Shown: in pieces, positions 12,661 to 25,537 of the stretch | How the letters are laid out: each line of letters begins with the position of its first letter | Numbering within the stretch: position 1 is the first letter of the stretch | Assembly: GCF_001194135.2 (NCBI RefSeq) | Contig: NC_068981.1 | Span: forward strand, 35,883,912-35,937,460 | Direction: 5' to 3' | Origin: Octopus bimaculoides | Lineage: Eukaryota | DNA: 53,549 nt | Notes under the pieces: generated by a model | Told to the model about the DNA's origin: nothing | The model's input: only the letters and a program-made list of their open reading frames with translations | Databases searched by the model: none | Position numbers and translations under genes: made by a program

Positions 12661-13729
12661 ATACATACACATATACATGCATACGAACGTACACACATAC
12701 ACATACATATATAAACATATATGTCAATGCATATGTATTTCTGTAAGTGATTATTATCAAAAAACAAAAATATGTTAGTGAAGAACTTGCTTCTTAGTTA
12801 CAGAAATTATGTAAAGAATTTCGTTCAGAACCTGCCCAACAAAAAAGAAATGCAAAAAAAAGAAAGGAAATCTCCCACACATCTTTGATGTGCTACTGGA
12901 ATTTCGAGATCTCTGTAAATGGTATAGATTCCTTAGATGGATTATTAAAAATTGTTACAAATTTTAGCTGTGTAAGAAATTTTCTTTTCTATATTTACTA
13001 CCACTCTCAGCTACTTTCTGTCTTTTCTCTCTTTCTCTCTTCCTCCGTCTGTCTGTTTGTCTATCTATCTATCTCTGTTACTCTTCCTCTCATTCTATCT
13101 TGTTGAAATTGTTATCTTATCTTCTTTTCTAATCATTCCTTGCTCTTTGCTTTTTTTTTTCTAACTGCATATTTTTTTCTGTGTCTACATCTTTTTCTCT
13201 ACATTTTCATTTTGCATGTCTTTATCTCTGTTCCTAGCTCCAATTTTGACTTTCTTAATCCTGTCACTTTCTGTTTCATATGCTGACACACATACAAACA
13301 CTATCGAAACCCTCTCTCTCTACTGTTTCATCTTTGTCAAACTGCAATAGAAACAGGAACTTAATAACAAAAGCCAATGGGGAGAAGACATAGCATAACT
13401 CAAAGGATTATCTAGATATCTGACAAGGGAGTTACTTGAAGAATATGATGGTGGGGGATTTCTTTAGGAAAGATTTCCAGTGCTCTTTCCTGGCTTGTCC
13501 TTTCCCACAATCACCTTCAGTTATTAGGTCATTTACAGGGAGCTTACCTGGTAGTATCAATTCTACTTAAAGAAAATGAACTATCTAAAGAGCATCTATG
13601 TTTCTACTTAGACTCTTCCCTGTGGCATCAAATTCTGCCTCAATAAATCTTTTTCATATTTTCAATGAGCATTGAATTTTAGAATGGCTAACCCTACAAT
13701 AAAAAAAGAAACAGTTTTTATTCATCATC

Positions 13730-13860
13730 ATAATCATGATCGTTTTTATGTCTGCTTTTCAATGCTGGCTTGAGTTGGATAAGACTTATTGGGGTAATAT
13801 TCTGCAGCTAGATGCTCTTCCTGTCATTAGCTTTAGTGTGTTTTCCCAATTAAGATACTT
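13730..13860 (-). mobile_element. Degraded RTE-tail SINE remnant
   Basis: CATCATCAT..TTTCAATGCTGGCTTGAGTTGGAT..GCTAGATGCTCTTCCTGTC. Confidence 0.55.
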
Positions 13861-13944
13861 TTATTCAACTCTACTGTCTTCTCATGAAACTAACAAAACC
13901 AACAATATATAAGACATATTTTTTATCTATTTATTTTTTTATTT

Positions 13945-14318
13945 ATTTATTTCAGTCATTTGACTGCAACCATGCTGGAGTACCACCTTTAGTCGAGCAA
14001 ATCGACCCTAGGACTTATTCTTTGTAAGCCTAGTACATATTCTATCGGTCTGTTTTGCCGAACTGCGAAGTTACAGGGACATAAACACACCAACATTAGT
14101 TGTCAAGCAATGTCGGGGGCGGAGACAAACACAGACACACAAACATGTATATACGACAGGCTTCTTTCAGTTTCCATCTACCAAATCCACTCACAAGGCT
14201 TTGGTCAGTCCAAGGCTTATAGTAGAAGACACTTTCCCAAGGTGCCATGCAGCGGAACTGAACCCAGAACCATGTGGTTAGTAAGCAAGCTACTTACCAC
14301 ACAGCCACTCCTGCACCT
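13945..14318 (-). mobile_element. Near full-length, relatively young SINE family D/A
   Basis: Reverse complement gives head AGGTGCAGGAGTGGCTGTGTGGTAAGTAGCTTGCT.. B-box GGGTTCAGTTCC, internal (TG) stretch and 3' half identical in structure to 1-150; retains several CpGs. Confidence 0.9.
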
Positions 14319-14439
14319 ATATTGCTTACTGAAAATGTAAGCAAATGCACTGTCAATGTGAAGTTATGCAGAAACAAATACTCTCACATGCCTGTGCACC
14401 TGCATATGCATACACATACTCTCGTATGTACGTACATGC

Positions 14440-14570
14440 AAAAACACCTAAACAATGGGCTTCTTTACACTTTCTGTCTACCAAATTTCACTCACAAGGT
14501 ATTGGTATGCACAAGATTTTAGTATGAGGCACATAACCAAGATGTCATGCTGTGGGATAGAGCCTAAAAT
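14440..14570 (-). mobile_element. Degraded family D SINE head
   Basis: TTTCTGTCTACCAAATTTCACTCACAAGG..ACCAAGATGTCATGCTGTGGGATAGAGCC parallels 14165-14270. Confidence 0.6.
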
Positions 14571-15462
14571 CTCTGAAGGGAAGCTAACTGGAAATACAAA
14601 ACATGATCAATCCAAAGAAATGCTTCATTTTGAGTAATGATTGAAAATGTAAACCATTTAATTCTTAATTAGTTACCTACCTCCTTTATTTGATATCTAA
14701 TATGTAACTAAAAATCCACTTTCCTTTAAACTCACAGATCTTTAATAATTCAGAAGATATGTTGACTTCTATAATCTACCACACTTATCTCAGTACTTTA
14801 GTCTAAGTTCTATAGATAGTATTGTAATAACAAAATAAGATATTGCGATAACAAAATAAAGAATCAAAAAGCTGTGGTAAATCACTGCTTGTTAAAAGCA
14901 GATAGCAGATATTACAATACATAAGATCTTGTACTCAACATATCGACTGAACTCTAAACTATGAATTGAAGTTTATAGAATAGCTGTAAAGTATAGTACA
15001 GTGGTATAACACAACAGGACATGAGGTTCATGGATTATGCCCATTATATCTAACAGTTGTCTTTGATATAAATCAATTAATAAGAAAAAAAAAAAAGAGA
15101 ATGAGATATCAACTGAAGATAGTGTCCATTTGTTAAAGTTAAGAAATAATTCAATAATTTCCCTCAAAACTTGTTTTAGCATGTATATTTTATGATATTT
15201 GTGGATGACTGGAGATTTCACTGGTCACTTGGAAAGAGTAAAATCTAAGAATAAACATCTATATAAATCAATAAATTTGATGAGTTTGGGCTAAAATTCC
15301 ACCAAAACATGTTCCATTTATAGAAATTACAGTTTTATGTGAACTATTTCTGCTGAAAGACATTTAACCTCCCTGGATAACAAATCTGCTATCTTGTTTC
15401 AAATAACTTTTGAACTCATTATTTACCTACATCCTTAACTATCTATTCTCATTCATTCAACT

Positions 15463-15506
15463 CACACACACACACACACACGCACACACACACACACACA
15501 CACACA

Positions 15507-15545
<39 letters not shown>
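15463..15545. repeat. (CA)n with (CT)n interruption
   Basis: Directly visible. Confidence 0.95.
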
Positions 15546-15546
<1 letters not shown>

Positions 15547-15946
15547 AGCAGTGGTATATTGCGAGTGAGGAAACAGAATGTCCTGGACAATTAATTATAA
15601 TGTCATATTGCCAAGTTAAAAATTGTTTTATAAAATAAACAATTGATTTTTAACAGAAGTGTGTGCCATGCCAAAAGATAGAGCAGAATTAAGAATTAAT
15701 ATGCAAGTCTATTAGAGGAACAACTTAAAAGCATATATAAATTTTAATATACAGACTTGAGTATGTAATGAAGAAATGCAGTTAGATGCAAAGAAACTAG
15801 TGTTGTTTTGTGTCAACAATTAGTTTAAAAGTAAAATAAATTGGTCTGCTGTGAAGTGAAAAAGTTAACGTTTCTTTATAAGTTATCAGTTCAACCACCC
15901 ATTAAATAATACAATATCTTTGCAATCCACAAATTCTATTATTCAG

Positions 15947-16014
15947 GAACAGCTTTACCATCCACCACTCCAAGTGTATCAAATAGAATAAATTCTTTGG
16001 TAAATACACTAATG
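15947..16014 (+). CDS. Candidate internal exon, unknown product (GTALPSTTPSVSNRINSLVNTLM)
   Basis: ttctattattcag acceptor, strong ATG|gtaagg donor, open in phase 1 to 0. Confidence 0.25.
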
Positions 16015-17094
16015 GTAAGGGACTTCTACTTGATTAAAACAAATCATTATTACCAGTAGTTACAGAACAATGAAGTAAGTGATGAAATGAAAAGACAAAT
16101 TATTTTGTATTATGAAGTTTGTTGCATTTGATTTCTTGCCATAACTAACATTTGTCTTTTCATGATTAACAAAGTAATTGTAATTAATATAATGAGAGTA
16201 GATGACTGGTTAAGCTTCTTCTAAATAACAGAAGTTTTGGATTACTAGCTTTACTAAAGAAAAGTTAAACTTTGATTGTCTGAACTGATAACATTGCAGA
16301 GAAGAGTCTGGCTATTGATAACATATGTGTATTTAAAAATGTACAAGTTATTATTTTCCCTTTAATAATAGAGAGAACTAACATTATTATTATTATTTAA
16401 AGAAAGCCAGAGTAGATTTGAAGACAATCTTGGGCTGGACAGTTTGATAAGAATTTAGGAAACTGGACCTCAAAATTGAGTATAAAAATGTATTGTTGTG
16501 CAAATGTTTCTCACAAGAAGAAAGAAGATATTAGCTGATGATGATGGCAGTGGTGGTGGTAGTAGGGATGTAATAACTAAATAAGGCAAATATTTTTATT
16601 TGTCAATTTCCTTTTCAGGTACGTAGAGAAAAGGTAGAAAATTCTGTACTTTGTGTATGCCTGTACTTTTGAAACAAGCAATTCATTTGTTGCTTCTGTC
16701 ATTGCTGGTACTACTTCTAAGTATTGCAGATGTTTAACCCCAAGTTCATTGAAGGCATTACAGTCATGACTATTCTACCTTTCATTCATTCTTAGTAATA
16801 TGTCTAGGATCTTAGTATCCAGCAAATTCATTCTTTCTTTTAAAATGGAGGATGTATCTGGAAGGAAATTTAGCTCTAATTTCTTATGAATCAAGTGGTC
16901 AATTAGGTAGTGACTCCTTTGGCTCAATCTCTAATAGTTGTGTTGGAAACTGAGATCATTATCTGTGAGGGCTAGATAAGGAGTAATCAGAAAAACTTAA
17001 GAAGTAGATGAAAAGGTTGATAGAATGAATTTCAAGAAGCCACAAAAGAGACAGGTGCCAACCAACAAAATAGAACGATGAATTGAATATATTC

Positions 17095-17300
17095 AACAAA
17101 AATTGGAGACTTAAAACCAAGATTTCAAGAGCAACACAAAGAGTGCTGTACACAGTAGTGGAAAAGCAATGGCAAATTTGAATGATTAATGAAAAGACTG
17201 TTTCATGTAACATGCCATGAGCAAATTTCATCCATCTCCAAGAAAATGACCATCACTGAATTCAAAAGAAGAAAGCTTGTGAGGCAATGAATAGGAAGTG
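17095..17300 (+). mobile_element. Possible degraded LINE RT C-terminal relic
   Basis: Reads ..NWRLKTKISRATQRVLY.. and ..ITEFKRRKL.., loosely like LKIRIFRATVESVLLY and I..RRLR. Confidence 0.25.
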
Positions 17301-19194
17301 ATTACATTCATGATCTTTTCTAGAGCATTTTTTTTACAGAAGTAAAATAAAATTCCAGATTTCAAAACTAAATTATGCAGTTAGTTAATTCTGAGCTTAT
17401 TTTCCTTTTTTAGCACTTTTACCAAGTTCTAAAGATAAAGGCTTCTCTTAAATTGGAAATATTCAGATTTGCAAGACCATACTAACTCATTTTAGTAAAG
17501 GAAAATACCCGTTCTCCACCTTCCTCCTTCCCTCAGCTTAGAAAATAAAGTTAAAATAGGTGGAAATGGGAAAATTTTCATTTCCTGGTAGACTACATCT
17601 TCTGACTTCATTGTTTTTGTGAAACAGCTTACCTGCTTGGCATAAAGAAATCAGTTTTATCAATGTTATGTAACTATTAACAGCTAACTAATGTAATTAG
17701 TGCTATAGTAATGGAAACAGGAGAAGGAAGACAATTAAGCTTCAGATTAATTTCATTAGTAGTTGACTAATTGCTATAATGTTTACTAAATGTTTCATGG
17801 GAAAATAAATGAGAATAGTATTTCACCAAGTTTGGCTTCTAATGGAAAACTTTTAGGGTATCATTCTCATTATCTCATTAATATGTGACTAGCTCAGTTT
17901 AAGAGTGTTTTCCCCAATTTTATCTTTATCAGTTCAATATTATATAAAGTGGGCATTTGAAAGTGAAAATGGCATACCTAGCAGTCTGCTAAATTAAATG
18001 ACTTTCTAGCATCTAGTCTTGTCCCTATAGATTCTGAATTCAATTGTTTTAAAAGTTGATATTATCATATATCCCTTTATCCATTTGCAGTAAAGAGACT
18101 AAAACTTCTTCAATTAGATAGTCAAGGGAAAAAGGGCAGTGCCCATGACCTTTGAAGGATCTTCCAGACTGGTGAGATTAGTGCAACCATTGCTAGGCCT
18201 CAAAATCTGTAGGCCAATGTCTCTCTTGACAGGAAAATGCATAGGTGGAGAGAGGACTGTAAATCTGTTTAGAATCCTTACAATATAGTAAACTCCTCTT
18301 CTAGCAGAAATGCAGAGATATACTTGATAGGACAGTCTCCATATTACAATAACACCTTAGCAAATAATAGCCTCAAAAATTATCCATGTTTAACATCATG
18401 TTTAGCTAAGTAAACCATCTCTTTGCCTTAATCATACATTATTCATCTATTTTGTGTTTCTACCTCATAAAATACTAACCTGTCTGTAATTTAATTTAAG
18501 CTAACTTTTATAATCATAATTTTAGATGCCCCTCACTTGTTTTAATTTTTACAATCTTTCCTTCCTGATTTCTATTGAACCCCACCCATTCCCCTATTTT
18601 AGAAAGGAGCAGTCTTTTCTTATTTTGCAAAGATTTCTACTGCCTCTAGCATAGCTGTCCTCCTCGTATCTTTGTATTGGCTGCCATTTCCAGTGGTCAA
18701 GTCTCCCGGTTCTTTTTGTAGCTCTGTCATGGCTTATTTCTCAATGTGCCCACCCAATCCCACTCACACCACCTATACTCCTGAAAATCTCTTATAGTAG
18801 AAATCTTTCTTCTGTGTCAGAAGGCCCTCACGGCTCTGCCCCTTCCCCACTACCAGTACTGGAAGCCTTTCCTCTGTACCAGAAGGCTCACATAGCTCCC
18901 CACACCACCAGTACTCTCATCCACATTACTGCATTACTTATTTAGTCAATTAACAAATCACCTATCCCTTTCTTTCTAGCTATAATGAAGTAACCAATTA
19001 GTTTTTATTTATTTTAAACATTGACCCATTTGGTTGTATCAATGATGCTTATATTAGCAATGCTTGTACTACACTCACTTCTAACAGAGGCAGCAATTTT
19101 AACATGATTGAATGATTGTAGATTAAAGCGAGAACAACTTATATGACATGTCTGTTATCAAACATTCATTGAAACCTTCTTTTCAGAAGCTGAC

Positions 19195-20369
19195 TGCCAT
19201 CCCCACTTCCCATGTTCCCTCCCATGTTCCTTTCCAGGTTTTCAGAGTTGGCACTGTCAATGTAGGCACATTGAAAGGTAGGTCTGACTAGACTGACAAG
19301 ATTGTTGAAATGCTTGGACAGAGGTGTGTTGATGCATGCTGCATTCAAGAAGTAAGGTGGAGGGAAGCTTCAGCCAGGTTCCTCATGGGCAAGACACAAT
19401 GGTATAAAATCTTCTGGGAAGGTAACAGTGACAGGGTAAGTGGTGTGGTGGACATACTTCTCACAGAGAAATGGGTTGATAAAGTGATAGAGGTAGTCAG
19501 AGTGTGCAATAGAGCACTTAAGCTGAGGCTAGTTTTTCAGAGTAGTACAGCAACAATTATCTCTGCCTATGCCCTCCATGCAGGTCTACCAAATGAACAA
19601 AAGGACTGCTTTTATGATATTCTTCTGCATGCTGCCTCAAAGACAAATGGTAGTGATCTCATCTTTGTGGCCTGCCGGCGATTTCAATGAACATGTTGGG
19701 TAGCAGCCAGGTATCTTCCATGGTATACACAGGAGCCATGAAATTGGTTCATGAAATGAAGAGGGAACAAGGCTGCTGGAGTTCTGTGATGCGAATAACC
19801 TAATGATCTGCAACACCAACTTCAGGAAGCCAGCCAATCACCCAGTAATCTATCAATTGAGTGACCATGCTAGTCAGATTGATTACATTCTCACCAGACA
19901 GTGAGATACATGGTTGCACATAAATGTAAAGATCTTCCCTGGTGAAAAATGTACCCCACCAGCATAGATTGGTCATTAGTGACTTTAGATCTCAGGTCAG
20001 AAGGATACTAAAAAGCAATCCAATCTGGAAAAGGATTTGTAAGCTTCAGGATCCTTTATATGGTCAGAGACTTAGAGACACTCTAATTGAGGAACTTAAT
20101 GAGAAGGAGAAGGAACTACAGACTTGTAAAATAGAGGCAACTGAGAATTCTTGCAGGACAGCTTGCTGAGTGCCTCAGACCAAATCTGTGGCTAGTGCAA
20201 AGTCCCAACTAGACCTAGGGTGATGTGGTGGTGGAATGATGCAGTAGACAAGGCCATTAGAGCAAAGAAACAGGTCTAGAAGGACTAGAAGAATGGGGGT
20301 GGCAGAGAACTACATCAGGTAGCTAGAAGGGAGGCAAGAAGACAGGTATACTTAGCCAGGGGAGAAGTA
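19195..20369 (+). mobile_element. RTE-clade LINE fragment: APE-like endonuclease plus linker, with stops and frameshifts, truncated before RT
   Basis: Translates to FRVGTVNVGTL..CIQEVRW..IISAYA..GDFN(E)HVG..NEEGTRLLEFCDANNLMICNTNF..QIDYIL..QHRLVISD..WWWNDAV, the standard RTE/BovB-type endonuclease motifs. Confidence 0.92.
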
Positions 20370-21341
20370 TAATAACTGCAGGAGTTTTGATATTTGCCAC
20401 TGTATTGTCCTTGAAATCACTATTTCACTTGTGAGCGTCTGGCCAGTCACTCCATGGCAATCATGATTACTGTACAGCAGAAAGCACAGTGTGCACTGTG
20501 GCACACTAAGTTTAAGTCAGTTGTTTTAGTGCAACATCCTTTTTGGCGTACTTATGGACAAGATCCACCTACAGATAAAACCAGATACATACATATACAC
20601 ATACATACCTTGATATTGTGTGGACTGAGATCCTTATTAACAGGCTGCTAATATTAAATAAAGTGTTCAATACTTATAGTATTCGAATTAGTAACTCCAG
20701 TTCTCTGAAGCTACTAGATATAAACAGATTGGCTTCTTGTTTTTTTTGGGGTTGGTCAAGTGATGTAGACACCTCTGATGAGAACACGGTAAAGCTTGAA
20801 AATTGATTAAGGCTATTTGTCATGTTTTCAGTCTATGGAGAAATGGTTAAATTTGCTGTTTGTATGTCTACTCCATAGGTTTACATACACATACATATAT
20901 GTATGTAACAGTAATTCATATACATATAGATATCTACACACACATGCACATATACACATTTACATGTATAACTGTATGCTTGCATGTGTGTTTCTTTTTG
21001 AAATCAATACAAGAGATGAAAGCTACTGAGACTGTTAAGTTTGCATTCATTTATTCCTCTTATACAATATTTCTGATGTAGGCGAAAACAAAGAATGAAA
21101 GAATGGAATCAAATGAAAAATTAAATGTAAGAAACGTAAAAGTAATCCCCTCAACAGTAACACATTGCCAGTTGTTGCTGCCAGTTTACTTGGAAACCTA
21201 TATTTTCAGGCATTTAAAATTTACTTTTTAATTTTTTATTTACAAATCATCTCACTCATCAAGATAGAAATAAACTGAATTTGTTTTTAACTTGATTTCG
21301 TTTCTTGTAATTGTTGCAGTTATCTTTTCAAAATGTCTTAC

Positions 21342-21461
21342 CTTTGGATTGTTTAATCATTTCCCATGTCTCGGACATTTTGTATCTGTTTAACCACTCA
21401 ACATTATTATACCTATTCATAGATATTTTTGTAAACACAATCAATGTAGATGATTTCAAAG
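21342..21461 (-). CDS. Candidate 120-nt symmetric exon, unknown product (LKSSTLIVFTKISMNRYNNVEWLNRYKMSETWEMIKQSK)
   Basis: cataccttag acceptor (weak), strong AAG|gtaaga donor, open phase 1-1; overlaps an alternative plus-strand candidate. Confidence 0.2.
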
Positions 21462-21466
21462 CTAAG
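21423..21466 (+). CDS. Candidate internal exon, unknown product (DIFVNTINVDDFKAK)
   Basis: tacctattcatag acceptor, strong AAG|gtatgt donor, open phase 1 to 0. Confidence 0.25.
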
Positions 21467-22349
21467 GTATGTATATGTGTGAATTGTCTCATCTGTGTAC
21501 AACAGAAGAAATATGAGTTTTATAGCAACTCACTTGACTAAAAATAAATTAATAATAATAATCGTAAACAATGTGATTGTGGGAAGAGTGAGAGACATGA
21601 TAACAATAGAATGAATAGACAATTTCAAAAGTAAATCCTTAATGAATTTTAATGAGAACGTATTGAATTTTTCTTCCTTTGTATTAGAAAGGAAAAAAAA
21701 GAGTCATACACAAAGGAAATAAGATTACCATTATTTTTTTCCTCCAGAGAGTACGAAATGAAAAGTTAATTACAAGAAAGACAAAAATATATTAAAGAAT
21801 TAAAAAATTTGAAAGAAAAAGCTCCAAGTAGTGTAAAGTATGGATAGACTTCCTTATGGTGAATTTCTCTGTTTGACTTGGCTTATGAAGGATGTAAACC
21901 TTGAGGGAAAAGCTTCTAGGGCAATATATAATGTAGAATGAATATGTTTTAACTACTGTCCTATATATATTTGCCAAATAAACACCAAAAAGTAAATTCA
22001 TGAGTAAAAGAAGTTGTAGGAAGAAGAATTTAATTTTTGTATGGTTTGACTTGTGCTGCATAAACAAGAGAAATCATGGAGATTATAAACTTATATTACG
22101 TATGATAAAAAGGCGTTTGGTTTTACTAAATCAGACTGTTGAAGTGACCATATTTTTTTCTATACTTTTCTTTGATATTTGAAATGGAAATGAGATAGTC
22201 AAATTATGTGTTAAATTTTTTTTACTCCTTCAATACAGTACATTGTGCTGTAAGCAGTATGTTAGTGGATGACTTCCTTTCTTCCTCCTACCTGTTTCAG
22301 AGGCCCTAGGAAAAGTTATGGGTACTTCCTATTGGTGATTTGCTCTTAT

Positions 22350-22655
22350 ATCACATATATGTGATCACTTGCTCTTGAGCCCTTTTGAGCGAAAGCAGTG
22401 TTCTTGTATTTGGTATCAGCAAAAGCTTCACCCACGTTTGGTGTGATCCAGTGAGAAAGCTTCAGTGCGGTTACTTGACCTGCTGGAAATAGTAGCCAAA
22501 TTTTTCTCAAGTGATACCCTACTGTCTTAAAAAAAAATATTGATTAATGTAGTCCTACATAGCCCTAAAAGGATGGAATAAAGATGGTCATAAATAAAAA
22601 GCCTTTAGTCATAGGTCTGTTTAGTTAGAGTTAATCTGAGGATAAACAACAACAA
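22350..22655 (+). mobile_element. Degraded SINE-like element ending in (AAC)n
   Basis: 3' end AGGATGG..GCCTTTAGTCATAGGTCTGTTTTAGTTAGAGTTAATCTGAGGATAAACAACAAC matches 42395-42460. Confidence 0.55.
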
Positions 22656-23084
22656 TGACAAGATCAACAAATATGTCTAACATAAACGCTGCCAAACAAA
22701 GCTGTTTGTCTTTGTACTGCATCTTTTTCTCATCTCTTGGACTGAAAGTTTCTTCTGAGATTACATCATAACAGTAAAAATTCCTTCACCCACACACTAT
22801 AATCACTCACCAACTAATTGCATGCTTGGTTTTGTAGTTTTAATCCCTTACAATAATATTTGCTATTTTTGTGTCCTTTTTTAAAAAGTTAATCGACTGT
22901 TTCTATAATATAAAGGACAACTTTAAATGGTATTTAGCAAAATTCTTTGGATCAATATCAAATTAATTTCTAAATATTTTCACTAAATTAATCATTTATC
23001 TTTTAAAAATGTTAAACCTGTTTCGGATTGATGCCTTGGAGAATTTTAGTTAACCAAATCGTCCTCAGTAATTATTTTTTTTTA

Positions 23085-23385
23085 TTAAACCTGGTACTTA
23101 TTCTATCAGTCTATTTTGCCAAACCATTAAGTTACAAGAATGGAACACACAAGTACTGGTTGTCAAGAAGTGTCAAGGGACAAACACTGACTGAAAGACA
23201 CAACACATGTGTATACATGACAGGCTTTTCATTTTCCATCTACCAAATCCATTCACAAGTCTTTAGTTGGCCTGAAGCTACAGTACAAGACACTTGCTCC
23301 AAGGTGACATGCAGTGGGACTGAATGTGGAACGATGTGGTTGGGAAGCAAACTTCTTATCACATAACTACACCAGCACCTATGTG
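23085..23385 (-). mobile_element. SINE family D/A, degraded
   Basis: GGTACTTATTCTATCAGTCTATTTTGCCAAACC..TTCCATCTACCAAATCCATTCACAAG..GCAGTGGGACTGAA colinear with 14030-14318. Confidence 0.8.
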
Positions 23386-23459
23386 AAAATATTTTTAGAA
23401 AAGATGTTTTTGTGTCATCATAATGCTTATATCACCAATGTTTTAATGAAAATAATATC

Positions 23460-23655
23460 AAGGTAATATTGGTTTCAAATTTTGGTACAAGGCCAGCAAT
23501 TTCAGGGGAGGGGGAAGTCGACTACATTGGCCCTAGTGCTCAACTGGTACTTGTTTTATTGACCCTGAAAGGATGAAAGGCAAAGCTGACCTCAGCAGAA
23601 TTTGAATTCAAAACTGAATTTGAACTCAGAACGTGAAGACAGATGAAATGCCATG
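23460..23655 (-). mobile_element. SINE family B, 5'-truncated
   Basis: GGTTTCAAATTTTGGTACAAGGCC..CTAGTGCTCAACTGGTACTTGTTTTATTGACCCTGAAAGGATGAAAGGCAAAGCTGACCTC..TTTGAACTCAGAACG. Confidence 0.85.
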
Positions 23656-24460
23656 AAGAGAAACCTTTGTATGGTCAGTTTTGGAAAGCCACTGAGGGTG
23701 TGCGTGGAGTAAAAATCTGGGCTTGGTTGTTAAAAGGGCTATTATAAAAAGAAATAGAGAATCTTATTATAGCAGCTCAAGATCAAGATTTAAAAACAAA
23801 CAACTTGAGATAATATGTATATGAGGAGAAGGTGTGAGCAGTAGTGTGTGGAATTTGGCATAAAACAATGGCACACATTGTTGCAGTATGTCCCAAGTTG
23901 GCTCAGGGGGAATATAAGAAATGGAGGCATGACCAAGTTGTGAAAGTTTTGCACTGGAAGCATTGTCAGAAATGAAGGTTTGAAGTTGAAAGTACCTGGT
24001 ATGATCAGGTTGAAAGTGTGCTTGAATCAGAGAAATGCAAGAATTATGGGATTTTCCAATTCAAACAGAGAACAAGCTAGAAAATAATAAACCAGATTTA
24101 TCAATAATAGACATGGAAAAGCGAAGTTGTTTACTAATTGATCCATCATGTCCATTTTTGTAAAGAAAGATGAAAAATAAAACATGCAATTCCTTAAAAT
24201 CAGAAATTACAAGAATTTGGATTAAAATTGCTAAGATTGCACCTGTAATTATTGGTGCATTAGGAACTGTGAGTAATTGTATAGTGCTTCTACAGAAAGT
24301 TTGCCTCTTAAAAACAGGAAAGATTAGCAGAAGAGTTTTGAGCACTTGAAGGATTATCAAAAGTTGTGGATATCTAAGGTTACAGGCAGTAACTTGCTAT
24401 CTACATAAATTCTACCAGGAATAAGACCAAACCTGAGTCAAGTGAATTAATAATGATAAT
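23656..24460 (+). mobile_element. R4/Dong-type non-LTR retrotransposon 3' end (zinc knuckle plus restriction-like endonuclease), pseudogenised
   Basis: Reads KPLYGQF..LIIAAQDQ..HIVAVCPKLAQGEYKKWRHDQV..LWDFPIQT..NKPD..LLIDPSCPF..PVIIGALGTV; ends in TAATAATGATAAT. Confidence 0.85.
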
Positions 24461-24464
24461 TGCA

Positions 24465-24802
24465 ACAATCAATGCCAGTGCCGATGGCATGTAATTGGTA
24501 CCATATGGGTGTGGTTGATGTCAGTGCTGCCTGACTGGCTCCCATGCCGGTGACATGTAAAAAACACCATTCGAGTGTGGTTGATACCAGTGCTGCTTAC
24601 CTGGTCCCTGTGCTGGTGGAATGTAAAAAGCACCCACTACATGCTTGGAGTAGTTGGCGTTAGGAAGGGCATCCAGCTGTAGAAACCATGTCAGAACAGA
24701 TGTGAGCCTGGTGTAGCCTCCTGGTTTGCCAGTCCTCATCAAACCATCCAACCTATGCCAGCATGGAAATTGGAAGTTAAAGAATGATGATGATGATGAT
24801 AT
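24465..24802 (+). mobile_element. RTE 3' UTR / RTE-tail SINE with ~63-65 bp internal tandem units
   Basis: Repeated ..CATGTAA..ACC..GTGTGGTTGAT..CAGTGCTGC..; then TTAGGAAGGGCATCCAGCTGTAGAAAC..GCCAGCATGGAAA..(GAT)n. Confidence 0.85.
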
Positions 24803-25537
24803 TTTTCGTAAGTGTGCATTATTATTTATTGTGTGTCAAGGTACACCTTGCACTTGCCATCAAGCATAATGGAAACACTACATATCTTGTTCTCTGAATG
24901 TCCCAAAGCCCTCTCAACTTCATCATTGGAAAACAATTTTTGTAAAATGACATGTTTCTAAGCACTTGTATTGAATTGCAAAGGATCATGGGAATTCTGG
25001 TTATTTTTCATTTATTGAATGCTAGATTTAAAAATTATTCAATGATAAAGTCCAGTACTTTCCATTAACTGTTGAATAATTTTAAAATTTGCTATTGGAA
25101 GAAAAAGAAATCACCTGTATTTCTATGCTTTGAAATGCTAATGGACTAATGGATTTAGGAACACTAATGTTCCAAACTGTGCATACAGGACTAATAAGAA
25201 AATATGGAAAGTGTTTAATGAAACTGATAAAAATGAACATAGTTATGTCTTTAATAACATATATATATATATAGTTCTGTTTTAATTTTCATTCTTTGCA
25301 AGGAAGGATTAGATGAATACATTATTGAAACATCGTTTTATAGCTAGATGTCTTCCTGTTACAACCCCTTCTTTGTTTTTCAGATGTTTTTTGTGTATGA
25401 AATATATTAATGTTTATTTTTATGTTCAGTTATAATAAAAAAGTGTTTTGCATTAATCTGATGGGTTACTCTATGCTTTTGTAGAACACAAATTTATTAT
25501 GTTCTTAAACAAGAACGTTATTGACAGTGATTTTGAA

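Noticed and set aside
18090-18172. Exon candidate with good acceptor and CTG|gtgaga donor
   Set aside because: Stops in all three frames from the strong acceptor; no other support
20485-20500. CACAGTG-TG-CACTGTG as an RSS or Transib end
   Set aside because: No nonamer at 12/23 spacing and no transposase nearby; a 7-bp palindrome is plausible by chance
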